The notes beneath the pieces were generated by a model. That model ran no database searches and was not told the DNA's origin. It saw nothing but the letters and a program-made list of their open reading frames with translations. Both the position numbers and the translations under genes were made by a program. From Microcoleus sp. GA_180221_E-2-1-MAG-45_12 (GTDB taxonomy: Bacteria > Cyanobacteriota > Cyanobacteriia > Cyanobacteriales > JAAUUE01), in contig JAIMKT010000001.1 in NCBI GenBank assembly GCA_020692245.1, positions 125,173-189,172 on the forward strand: a stretch of 64,000 bases of DNA. The letters are read 5' to 3'. Of the stretch, positions 18,838-27,099 are shown piece after piece (position 1 is the first letter of the stretch; every line of letters begins with the position of its first letter).

Positions 18838-20661
18838 ATGCGAAGTTTTCCCCTGTTTGTAGCGATCACTACTGTCACTCTCCTGTCTACAACCGTAGTC
18901 AATGCTACTGATAATGATTTCAATGGTAGTGCTGATGGGAGTACCAATATAGTTGTTAGTGGTGAGAATTTTGGTACTGAAAATCTTGGAAATAGCACTC
19001 TATCGGGAGAAGTTGTTGCCGGGGAAACCTTTACCTCGATCGTCAATAATCCAGTGAATAATGCGGAAGCATGTGGGTCTCTGCAAACTGTATTGCTTAA
19101 TCAAGCTAATCAAGCTAATCAAGCTAATCAAGTAAATTCCTGTGCTGCTCTGGGTCAGTTAGCGCAGGCTGATACTCTCCTCAATCCTTCCCCAAATTTA
19201 CCTGATTCCCAAAATACTACCCAAAACGCTACTCCAAGTATTACCCAAGCACCACCCCTAGCTGCCCCCACCAATACGGGTTTGACCACTAGCTTAACTA
19301 CAGGTATTCCCGGATTTGCTCCCCCAGACTTTCTCAATCCTAGTAATAATCCGCTTCTATTCCCAACGATTCCTGAGGAGGTACTAGTCGATATCAATGA
19401 GCCTATTACCCTAGAACAGGCAGTAATTCTGGCAAGACGTAATAACCCTTTGGTTAATCAAGCTCAATTGGCGATCGAGCGAGCTGAAGCCCGGTTAAGA
19501 GAAACCTACGCCAGCGAATTTCCTACAGGTACAGTCACTTTTGATTTCACTCGATCGGAATCTGCCTCAGCGAGACTTGCAGCCGATCGTCAAGCTGAAA
19601 TTACCGGAGTGCGGCAAGGAGTAGGTAGTACGTCCGCTCAGGCAAATCTCCAACTCGACTACAATCTCTACACTGGTGGGCGCCGTCCAGCCACCATCAG
19701 CCTTGCTGCTGCCCAACTCCGCAATGCCCAGCTAGCTCTGGAAACCCAGTTAGTGCAGTTACGCCTTGATGTTGCCAACGATTACTACAGTCTGCAACAG
19801 GCAGATTCTCAGCTAATTATTACTATTGCCTCTGAAGAGCAGGCTCAAATTAGTTTACGGGATGCTACAAACCGAGAGCGGGCGGGGGTCGGGACTCGTT
19901 TTGAAGTTCTGCAAGCGGAGGTAGCCTTGGCAAATGCTATCCAAGATAGACGCAATGCTGAAGCCCAACAGTTGATCAACCGCCGCCAACTTGCCCAAAG
20001 ATTAAATCTGCCCCAAACTGCCACGGTAGTTACTGCTGATGCGATCAATGTCCTCGGAGACTGGCCCCTGAACCTAGAAGACAGTATTGTCCTTGCCTTC
20101 AAGAATCGAGCCGAAATTGAACAGCAACTCCTCGAAATTGAGCAATCTGAAGCCCAGCAACGCATTGCAACGGCAGACACTCTACCCCAAGTGAACCTGT
20201 TTGCTAACTATGGAGTGATCGGCAATTTGGGGGATGGGGCAAATACTGCCGGGGGTGGAAGTATTGGGATTCGAGCGCAGTGGACATTTTTTGATGCGGG
20301 AGCGGCTCGATCGAGGATTGCTCAACAGGAGGCAAATATTCTGGTTGCCCAGAGTGGATTTACAATCCAGCGCAATCAAATCCGGTTTCAAGTAGAGCAA
20401 GCCTTTTACAATCTCCAAGCCAACAAAGCAAACCTCGCTACTACAGCCCAAGCAGAGAACAGTGCGACAGAAGGGCTAAGATTGGCAAGACTCCGGTTTC
20501 AGGCGGGGGTAGGAACCCAAAGTGAAGTAATCACAGCCCAGACGGAACTTACTAGGGCGCAGGTAAATCGCCTAAATGCGATCGTCGGTTTTAATCGTTC
20601 CCTAGCGAATCTCGAAAGAAGTGTTAGCAATCTAGATGGTCAGTTGTTCGATCGACCCTAA
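18838..20661 (+). CDS. TolC-family outer membrane efflux protein (HgdD-like) with a low-complexity N-terminal extension
   Basis: Signal peptide. (NQA)n tract from a 9-bp repeat. Two OEP repeats (LTLEQAVILARRNNP...; LEDSIVLAFKNRAEIEQ...). Confidence 0.85.
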   Translation: MRSFPLFVAITTVTLLSTTVVNATDNDFNGSADGSTNIVVSGENFGTENLGNSTLSGEVVAGETFTSIVNNPVNNAEACGSLQTVLLNQANQANQANQVNSCAALGQLAQADTLLNPSPNLPDSQNTTQNATPSITQAPPLAAPTNTGLTTSLTTGIPGFAPPDFLNPSNNPLLFPTIPEEVLVDINEPITLEQAVILARRNNPLVNQAQLAIERAEARLRETYASEFPTGTVTFDFTRSESASARLAADRQAEITGVRQGVGSTSAQANLQLDYNLYTGGRRPATISLAAAQLRNAQLALETQLVQLRLDVANDYYSLQQADSQLIITIASEEQAQISLRDATNRERAGVGTRFEVLQAEVALANAIQDRRNAEAQQLINRRQLAQRLNLPQTATVVTADAINVLGDWPLNLEDSIVLAFKNRAEIEQQLLEIEQSEAQQRIATADTLPQVNLFANYGVIGNLGDGANTAGGGSIGIRAQWTFFDAGAARSRIAQQEANILVAQSGFTIQRNQIRFQVEQAFYNLQANKANLATTAQAENSATEGLRLARLRFQAGVGTQSEVITAQTELTRAQVNRLNAIVGFNRSLANLERSVSNLDGQLFDRP

Positions 20662-20941
20662 CTCCCTAAATTAATTCATCACCACCTTAAATTTATAATC
20701 AACTTAAATGAGAGATGTATTAAGAAGTTTAGCGGTTCATCAAGAGATAATTTGGTTGCTAAATTTATTATGAATTTTTAGGGTTTGAGGGAAAATCTGT
20801 GAGATGAAGATTATGCATAGCAAAATTTTGCAAGATTTCAGATAGTAGAATTCAACAGCTTTGGCAATATCTAAATCTTAGATTTAATATCTAGTTAGAT
20901 AAATCTAGGAAACTAATCTAGGACACAAGGAGGCAACACAA

Positions 20942-21592
20942 ATGACAAGCAATTTACAAGAGCCGGAACTTAGATCTGTCACTCCCGGAGCATCAGTCTC
21001 CCTACAGCAAGGACAGCGCATCTCTCTCTCCCAAGCAGTGCCTACCCTAGAAAAAATCATGTGCGGCTTAGGCTGGGATATTCCTAGTCACTCACCGGGG
21101 GGGTTATTTAGTGGTGGTCATGAAGAGCCAAGCAATTGTGATTTAGATGCTTCGGTGATTTGCTTGGATAGCGAAGGGACGATCGACAATCCCGAAAATA
21201 TTGTCTATTTTGACAACCTCAAACATCGATCGGGCGGTATTACTCACTTAGGCGACAACAAAACCGGAGCGGGGATTGGAGATGATGAGCAGATCATCGT
21301 GGAATTGGGCAAAATTCCCCCAGAAATCACTAAGCTAGTATTTACCGTCAATATCTATGAGTGTAGTCTCAAGCAACAGGATTTTGGGCGCATTGAAAAC
21401 GCCTACGTCCGTCTAGTAGATATGGCAACCAACCTCGAATTTGCCCGCTATAATCTCTCAGGACAGGGAGGGATCACAGGGATGATCATGGCAGAAATTT
21501 ATCGAGAAGAAGATGATTGGTACATGGAGGCGATCGGTCGAGGCGTTCAAGTCAACAACCTCGAGGAGTTAGTCCGTTCCTACGCTGCCTAG
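20942..21592 (+). CDS. TerD-family stress response protein
   Basis: GLGWD...DLDASVICLD...VYF.NL....GITHLGDN.TG.G.GDDEQI.V.L. Strong AAGGAGG ribosome-binding site. Confidence 0.9.
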   Translation: MTSNLQEPELRSVTPGASVSLQQGQRISLSQAVPTLEKIMCGLGWDIPSHSPGGLFSGGHEEPSNCDLDASVICLDSEGTIDNPENIVYFDNLKHRSGGITHLGDNKTGAGIGDDEQIIVELGKIPPEITKLVFTVNIYECSLKQQDFGRIENAYVRLVDMATNLEFARYNLSGQGGITGMIMAEIYREEDDWYMEAIGRGVQVNNLEELVRSYAA

Positions 21593-21610
21593 TAGCAATA
21601 AATTTCAATC

Positions 21611-21641
21611 TGTAGGGGCGTAAGGCTTTACGCCCTCTGTC
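21611..21641. repeat. 31-bp hairpin element TGTAGGGGCGTAAGGCTTTACGCCCTCTGTC (copy 1)
   Basis: Perfect 8-bp stem GGGCGTAA/TTACGCCC with a 4-nt loop. An inverted, diverged copy lies at 45264-45294. Confidence 0.7.
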
Positions 21642-21731
21642 CCGGTTTTCCTTCGACTCCGCTCAGTACAAGTCCGCTCAGGGAACTTATCCAGGCTTAG
21701 GTTCAGGGCTTTTTCTTAAACCGAACTCATG

Positions 21732-22652
21732 TTAATTATGATAATTATTCGTGTATTTAATTCTTGCCCCCGCCCATTGTAATTTTTCTCGGAGGGTCTG
21801 ATAGAAAGAATAATTTTCTCGGAGTAATACAAACTTTCCTTGGCAATCTGCCATGCGAATATCAACCCTTTGACCGGGATAAATAGACGTACCGATCGCC
21901 CCATCAGTCCAGAGCTTATTATTGGTTTCAAAATCTCCCAATGGCCAAACACTCACCACCGAACCCGCAGGCAAAATCAACGTCCGACTCGATAAACTCA
22001 GGGGACAAATCGGCGTGACGGTAATCGCTTCCATGCCGGGGTGCATGATCGGACCATTGGCAGAAGCTGTATAACAGGTAGAACCCGTAGGCGTGGCAAC
22101 TAGTAGCCCATCCCCTTGGTATTGATCCACCACTTCTCCGTCTACTTCCATCTCAATAATTGCTGTAGGCATTCGATCGATACTAGCGGGTTTAACACAC
22201 ATCTCATTGAGACAATAGAAGCGATCGCTCACCGCATCTCCCTCCTCCCGGTCTCCCTCAAATACCATCGCCTCCAGCATCATCCGCCGTTGAATGGCAT
22301 AGCGGTCTTCCTGCAATCGTCGCCAGACCCCCATAGTATCTGTAAATTCCTCTATCGGTTCCGTCAAAAAACCCAAATGCCCACCAATATTAATCGCCAA
22401 TAGGGGAATCCCCTCTGGAGCCAAATGGCGAGCCGCCGCCAATACCGTGCCATCACCCCCCAGGACAATACACAGATCAATGGGTGGTGTCGAAGAAGCG
22501 AGAAATACTGGATAGGGGTTATCTTTAATGCCACTTGGCCCCACCAGTACATGACAGCCGAGCTGCTCCAACTCCCTTGCACAGCGTTCTGCCCATTTTT
22601 GACTTTGTTTGTCTCTAGCTTTGTAGGCAATGATTACTTGTTTTAACTGCAC
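21732..22652 (-). CDS. nadK: NAD(+) kinase
   Basis: VLGGDGTVL, GHLGFL and GDGLLVATPTGSTCY motifs. Confidence 0.9.
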   Translation of the reverse strand: MQLKQVIIAYKARDKQSQKWAERCARELEQLGCHVLVGPSGIKDNPYPVFLASSTPPIDLCIVLGGDGTVLAAARHLAPEGIPLLAINIGGHLGFLTEPIEEFTDTMGVWRRLQEDRYAIQRRMMLEAMVFEGDREEGDAVSDRFYCLNEMCVKPASIDRMPTAIIEMEVDGEVVDQYQGDGLLVATPTGSTCYTASANGPIMHPGMEAITVTPICPLSLSSRTLILPAGSVVSVWPLGDFETNNKLWTDGAIGTSIYPGQRVDIRMADCQGKFVLLRENYSFYQTLREKLQWAGARIKYTNNYHN

Positions 22653-22686
22653 TATGATTCACCAAGATAATTTACCAAGATTTTGG

Positions 22687-23613
22687 TTAAGAAAAAATTT
22701 GTAAGGTATTAATACTTTTCTCGAAGATGGGTAGGTATCGATCGAAACCCTGCGCCAAAGTAGTATAGGTAATTACCCATAATTTTTTGTGGGCAGCATC
22801 AGGAACTAAATAAAATAATTGCTGAATTTGTAGATTGTCTTGAGTCTCCGGTGTCTGAGCGATCGCTGAGGCGGTGCTAGTCACCATGGTATTTGCCCCA
22901 GTAGTTGCTGATGTTGTTGTCGATGTAGTTGATGTTGTTGAATTAGTGACTGGATTAGTTACAGGATTAATTCCTAACCCACTATTAATATCAACTTTAG
23001 CTGTAGGTTTAGAGGTCGCAATGGTAGCGATGATCTTAACTATCTCTTGCTCTTGGATGGTAATTACTTGTTGCTGGAGAATTTGATAGCCGCCTAGGGA
23101 ATTACTGGAGCTATTGGTGATTTGTTGGACTCCCATTTCTAGGAGAGATTTAGCTTTGGCATCTTTGGGCAGAGATTGACTAGTAATATTGACATTGGTA
23201 GCTGCCGGAATTTTAGGATTAGAGGCTTGATTCCCTTGGGAACTATTTCCCTGAGTATCGAAGGCTACCAGAGCCACGCTTGTGGGATTTTGGCTTACTG
23301 CCCGGAGTTTCTTTTCCGAGTCTGGGTCGATCGCCCCCAGTTGAGCTTGGATATCTGTCAATTCTCGCCCCGGATTACCGCCGATAAAACCCATCGGTAA
23401 GGATAGAGCCACGCCTTCGCCCCGAATTGCCACCCAATCTCCCGGTGGACTTGCCAACACCTTAGAAATTTTCTGCTCACACCCACTCAAACTGATCACT
23501 AAACACAAACAGGCAAAGGCTGTCACTAATCTTAGGAATATTCTAATAAATACTTGCTTAAATATATTTGGTTGGATATTTGGCTGCATAAAAAATAATT
23601 CAAAATAGTTCAA
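22687..23613 (-). CDS. Hypothetical lipoprotein with Thr/Ser/Asn-rich linker
   Basis: Signal peptide plus lipobox LSGC. Low-complexity tract NPVTNPVTNSTTSTTSTTTSATT. Confidence 0.5.
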   Translation of the reverse strand: MNYFELFFMQPNIQPNIFKQVFIRIFLRLVTAFACLCLVISLSGCEQKISKVLASPPGDWVAIRGEGVALSLPMGFIGGNPGRELTDIQAQLGAIDPDSEKKLRAVSQNPTSVALVAFDTQGNSSQGNQASNPKIPAATNVNITSQSLPKDAKAKSLLEMGVQQITNSSSNSLGGYQILQQQVITIQEQEIVKIIATIATSKPTAKVDINSGLGINPVTNPVTNSTTSTTSTTTSATTGANTMVTSTASAIAQTPETQDNLQIQQLFYLVPDAAHKKLWVITYTTLAQGFDRYLPIFEKSINTLQIFS

Positions 23614-23630
23614 AATAATTCAACACCTAA

Positions 23631-24560
23631 TCAGGCTAGATAAAATGGCTTAATTGCTTTGACGATCGCTTCAGCAGCTTGCATATTTTCATCAGGTTCC
23701 TGAAGATTATTAGCAATGACTTGGAGTTGAGATTCCAACTGTTCTAGACTCGAAAATTTCTGAAAAGCCTCCGTCAGCAGTTCATCCAGATTCCTCGATC
23801 GAAGTTTCAGCCAGCTTCCCTGATTAAAAATAACTTGCTCTTCCACAATACAAAGCAATAACATTTTTGCCCGTAGAGGGTTACTATACTTCATGATTGC
23901 TAGTCTGACGGCAAAGGGATCGTAGCGCAGATTCCCTTGTAGACTGCCGTGGACACTAGCCGCAGGTGGAGATTGGTTTTCTTGGTGGTGTTTAACAGAT
24001 TGATTATCAATAAATTGATGATTAGATTGATGATTAGATTGATGATTAGATTGATGATTAGATTGACTAATGGGACTATCGACAATCGCCCTATCCTTAG
24101 GGGAACTATCTTCAAGGGCTTGAATCTCATCAGTCGGAACTTTGATATTGGTGATAGTATCGATTCCCGATTCTCTGGGGGCAACTCTGGCTGGTACGGG
24201 CTGGGAATAAATAGCCGGAGGTTGACTGGGACTAGCCCGATAAACCATCTCTGTTTTTGGCTCTTCATCAGGATATAGATTAGCCAACTTAGTTAAGATG
24301 ATTTCGGCAACTATTGCGTACTCATCCTTTTTGTTGAGAGTATTCACAATATTGAACAAGGCAGCCCGTAGTTGCCCTGGCGTAGTAGCCTTGCTAACTA
24401 ATTCCTGAAGAATATTAGTCAGGGGAAATCTATTGATCAAGCCGAGGTCATTTTCCCAGCGATTTTTCCAAGTTGCAAAAATCAACTTTTTGATGCGTGC
24501 AGAATTTCCGTGCTGCTCCAGCTCTTGAGCCGCCTCGGAGATTAGGAGTAGGTTTTCCAT
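23631..24560 (-). CDS. Hypothetical protein with related N- and C-terminal helical domains and an (SNHQ)4 repeat
   Basis: ORF track. The repeat is encoded by the 12-bp tandem array at 24015-24065. Confidence 0.5.
   Translation of the reverse strand: MENLLLISEAAQELEQHGNSARIKKLIFATWKNRWENDLGLINRFPLTNILQELVSKATTPGQLRAALFNIVNTLNKKDEYAIVAEIILTKLANLYPDEEPKTEMVYRASPSQPPAIYSQPVPARVAPRESGIDTITNIKVPTDEIQALEDSSPKDRAIVDSPISQSNHQSNHQSNHQSNHQFIDNQSVKHHQENQSPPAASVHGSLQGNLRYDPFAVRLAIMKYSNPLRAKMLLLCIVEEQVIFNQGSWLKLRSRNLDELLTEAFQKFSSLEQLESQLQVIANNLQEPDENMQAAEAIVKAIKPFYLA
24015..24065. repeat. 12-bp tandem repeat TTGATGATTAGA, about 4.3 copies, in-frame within a CDS
   Basis: Read directly. Encodes SNHQSNHQSNHQSNHQ on the minus strand. 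Confidence 0.9.
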
Positions 24561-24818
24561 AACTTATCCTCGAAATTATTTAAGTAGATTGCACCGATCG
24601 CGTGACTAAGGGAGATTATGCCCAAGGGAAAACTCTTGGGTCTATTTTAGTATGTTCTTAGCCGAAAATCCCTAGGGATTAGAGATTGATGGAGATTGAG
24701 TGACTAGCAATCTGCGGATTGGGGCTGGTGATTATTACTTTTCGCAATCTTGTTCGCAATCTTTGAGGATATTTACTTGACATGGTTGACTACAGACGCA
24801 ACTACGGTTGATAAAGCC

Positions 24819-24968
24819 CTAAATTTTTTTAATGATTTTTTTAATGATTTTTTTAATCTGCCTTGAGTTTATGCTGGTAGAGGAGGGTTTTGTCGTAACG
24901 ACTTTAGCCACTAGAAGTTTTTTAGACATCTTCTCAGCTTTGTTGTTAAGCTCCTCAGCTAAGTTCAT
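24819..24968 (-). CDS. Candidate 49-aa small protein with a C-terminal (IKK)n amphipathic basic tail
   Basis: Own translation; below the ORF-track size cutoff. MNLAEELNNKAEKMSKKLLVAKVVTTKPSSTSINSRQIKKIIKKIIKKI*. GAGGAG lies 8 nt upstream of the ATG. Confidence 0.3.
   Translation of the reverse strand: MNLAEELNNKAEKMSKKLLVAKVVTTKPSSTSINSRQIKKIIKKIIKKI
24824..24859. repeat. 12-bp tandem repeat TTTTTTTAATGA, 3 copies
   Basis: Read directly. Encodes the IKKIIKKIIKKI tail on the minus strand. Confidence 0.9.
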
Positions 24969-25036
24969 TAGTGAAGCTCCTCAATTAAGCTCTCAGTAAA
25001 ATACGATCTACCCAATAAAATATCAAGGAGAAAATT

Positions 25037-25297
25037 ATGGCTCGAATAAATCCCTACAATTTACAAATGCAAATCACTCGCCTTTTTCAAGAAGGACAGG
25101 GAATTTTTGCCCCTATAAAAGTTCAAGATTGGCTGAGATCAAACAATCATAACCCAGAGGAATATGATATTTTATTTCACAAAAAACCAGCCCCGCCCGG
25201 CTCTCAGTTAGTGATGATCATCGAAATTGAACTACGGCGTAAAGATGATCAACCAGTAGATCCTTGGCTGCAAGAACAAGTAAATTTACGGAGTTGA
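25037..25297 (+). CDS. Hypothetical 86-aa protein
   Basis: ORF track. Strong AAGGAG ribosome-binding site 8 nt upstream. Confidence 0.55.
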   Translation: MARINPYNLQMQITRLFQEGQGIFAPIKVQDWLRSNNHNPEEYDILFHKKPAPPGSQLVMIIEIELRRKDDQPVDPWLQEQVNLRS

Positions 25298-25607
25298 TTC
25301 GATTAGTTTCTAAGGGCTAGGTTAAGGTTTGATTAAGTAGATTAAGAGGCTACATTTCCAGATAAATGTGTTAGGATTTGATCACAATTCTAGATATAAA
25401 TTGGCTCGTGAATAATTAACTATTTAGTTTAGACGGTTAATTGATAAGTTAATCTTGCTAATTTAAATTACCACTTCAAATAGAAGTGCTTCCATCCGTG
25501 AGTCAGGCTTGCAAGACTAAGCTAAATCTTTGATCTAATTTTAGAGTTCATAATGTTTCCTTAACCATATTTCTACTTCTTACAACTTTTTTATAATTTT
25601 TATAGTT

Positions 25608-26993
25608 ATGAATACCATAAACCCTGCGATCGCCCCCGTCATGGAAAACTTACCCACAGACACAACAATTCTTGCACCTATTTCTGATCCCCCCAATCAA
25701 GAAATTTGTCTAGATTCTACCCTAGAGGCATTGTGGCTTTATAAAGTCCATGTAGAAATTACCGAGACTGGCAGGTATGTGGGAGAACTTCTTGATAACA
25801 ATCCGCTCCTGCCGGGAGTAATCTTGGTACAGGATGGCAACTTTTTGGGAGTAATTTCTCGCAATCTATTCTGGGAATATCTCAGCCGTCCCTTTGGTCG
25901 ATCGCTATTTCTCAAGCGTTCCGTGGCAGCTCTTCATGCAGTTGTGGATAACAGTATGTTGATTTTACCCAGAGAAACTTTGATTGCAGATGCAGCTCGA
26001 TCGGCCCTGATGCGTTCTCCCAAGGAGCGTTATGAACCAGTGGTAGTAAGGTTATCAGCCAAGGATTACCGTTTGGTAGATGTTCATCAACTCTTAATCG
26101 CTCAATCTCAAATTCAAGAACTAAGCACTATCCTCATCCGCCAACAGACCCAGCAACAGATGATGCAGACTGAAAAAATGGCAATTCTGGGACAAATGGT
26201 GGCAGGAGTTGCCCACGAAATTAGAAACCCAGTGAATACGATCGTTGGTAATCTCCAATATCTCCGTAATTATTCCCAATCTCTCATTGAACTAACTTCC
26301 GCCTATAGCGATGCATATCCCCAAGATACTCCGGCAATTCAACACATCAAAGAAGAAGTGGAGTTAGAGTTTATTTTTGAAGATTTACCTATCTTGCTCC
26401 AGAGTGTAGAATTAGCTTCCGAAAGGGTAAAAGAATTAGTGAATGGTTTACGGACTTTTTCCCATGTGGGGGAAGCCAAGAAAAAAGAAACTGACATTCA
26501 TGAGTGTATTGATAACACTTTATTGCTAATTAAGAGTCGGCTAAAGTATGGGATTGAAGTTGTTAAAAATTATGGAAAAATTCCTGAAGTTAATTGTTTT
26601 TCTGGGCAGCTAAGTCAGGTATTTATGAATATTCTGAACAATGCGATCGATGCCCTCGAAGAAAAGAAAACCAAAGAACAAGCTAAAGGTTCTCTTTGGA
26701 CAACTCCCCGGTTAACCATTACAACTACTGTAATTAGTCCTCAAGAACTTTCGATTAAAATTGCTGATAATGCTGATGGTGTGCCGCCAGAGATTCAAGA
26801 AAAAATCTTTGAAATGTTTTTTACTACCAAGTCTGCTGAAAAAGGAACTGGTTTGGGTTTAGCCATAAGTTACCAAATTATCACCGAAAAACATGGCGGC
26901 AAATTGCAGATGAATTCTACACCAAGTAAGGGTACAGAGTTTGAAATCATTCTTCCTTTAGAGATAACTATTCCAGAAGTAGAGGAAGAATAA
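25608..26993 (+). CDS. Sensor histidine kinase (cytoplasmic, N-terminal CBS-like sensor region)
   Basis: H-box VAGVAHEIRNPVN, N-box NILNNAIDA, G-boxes DNADGV and GTGLGLAIS. Confidence 0.85.
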   Translation: MNTINPAIAPVMENLPTDTTILAPISDPPNQEICLDSTLEALWLYKVHVEITETGRYVGELLDNNPLLPGVILVQDGNFLGVISRNLFWEYLSRPFGRSLFLKRSVAALHAVVDNSMLILPRETLIADAARSALMRSPKERYEPVVVRLSAKDYRLVDVHQLLIAQSQIQELSTILIRQQTQQQMMQTEKMAILGQMVAGVAHEIRNPVNTIVGNLQYLRNYSQSLIELTSAYSDAYPQDTPAIQHIKEEVELEFIFEDLPILLQSVELASERVKELVNGLRTFSHVGEAKKKETDIHECIDNTLLLIKSRLKYGIEVVKNYGKIPEVNCFSGQLSQVFMNILNNAIDALEEKKTKEQAKGSLWTTPRLTITTTVISPQELSIKIADNADGVPPEIQEKIFEMFFTTKSAEKGTGLGLAISYQIITEKHGGKLQMNSTPSKGTEFEIILPLEITIPEVEEE

Positions 26994-27099
26994 ATATTTC
27001 TCCTAGGTAAAGCAATTACTAATTAGGATAGATATCACTCAAATCTCCTGAAATTAAAATAAACTAGTAGTATACTCAAGTAATTCATCCACAATAAAT

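Noticed and set aside
24015-24065. Possible CRISPR-like array (regular 12-bp repeats)
   Set aside because: The repeats are contiguous with no spacers, too short, and in-frame inside a CDS (SNHQ)4. This is a microsatellite.
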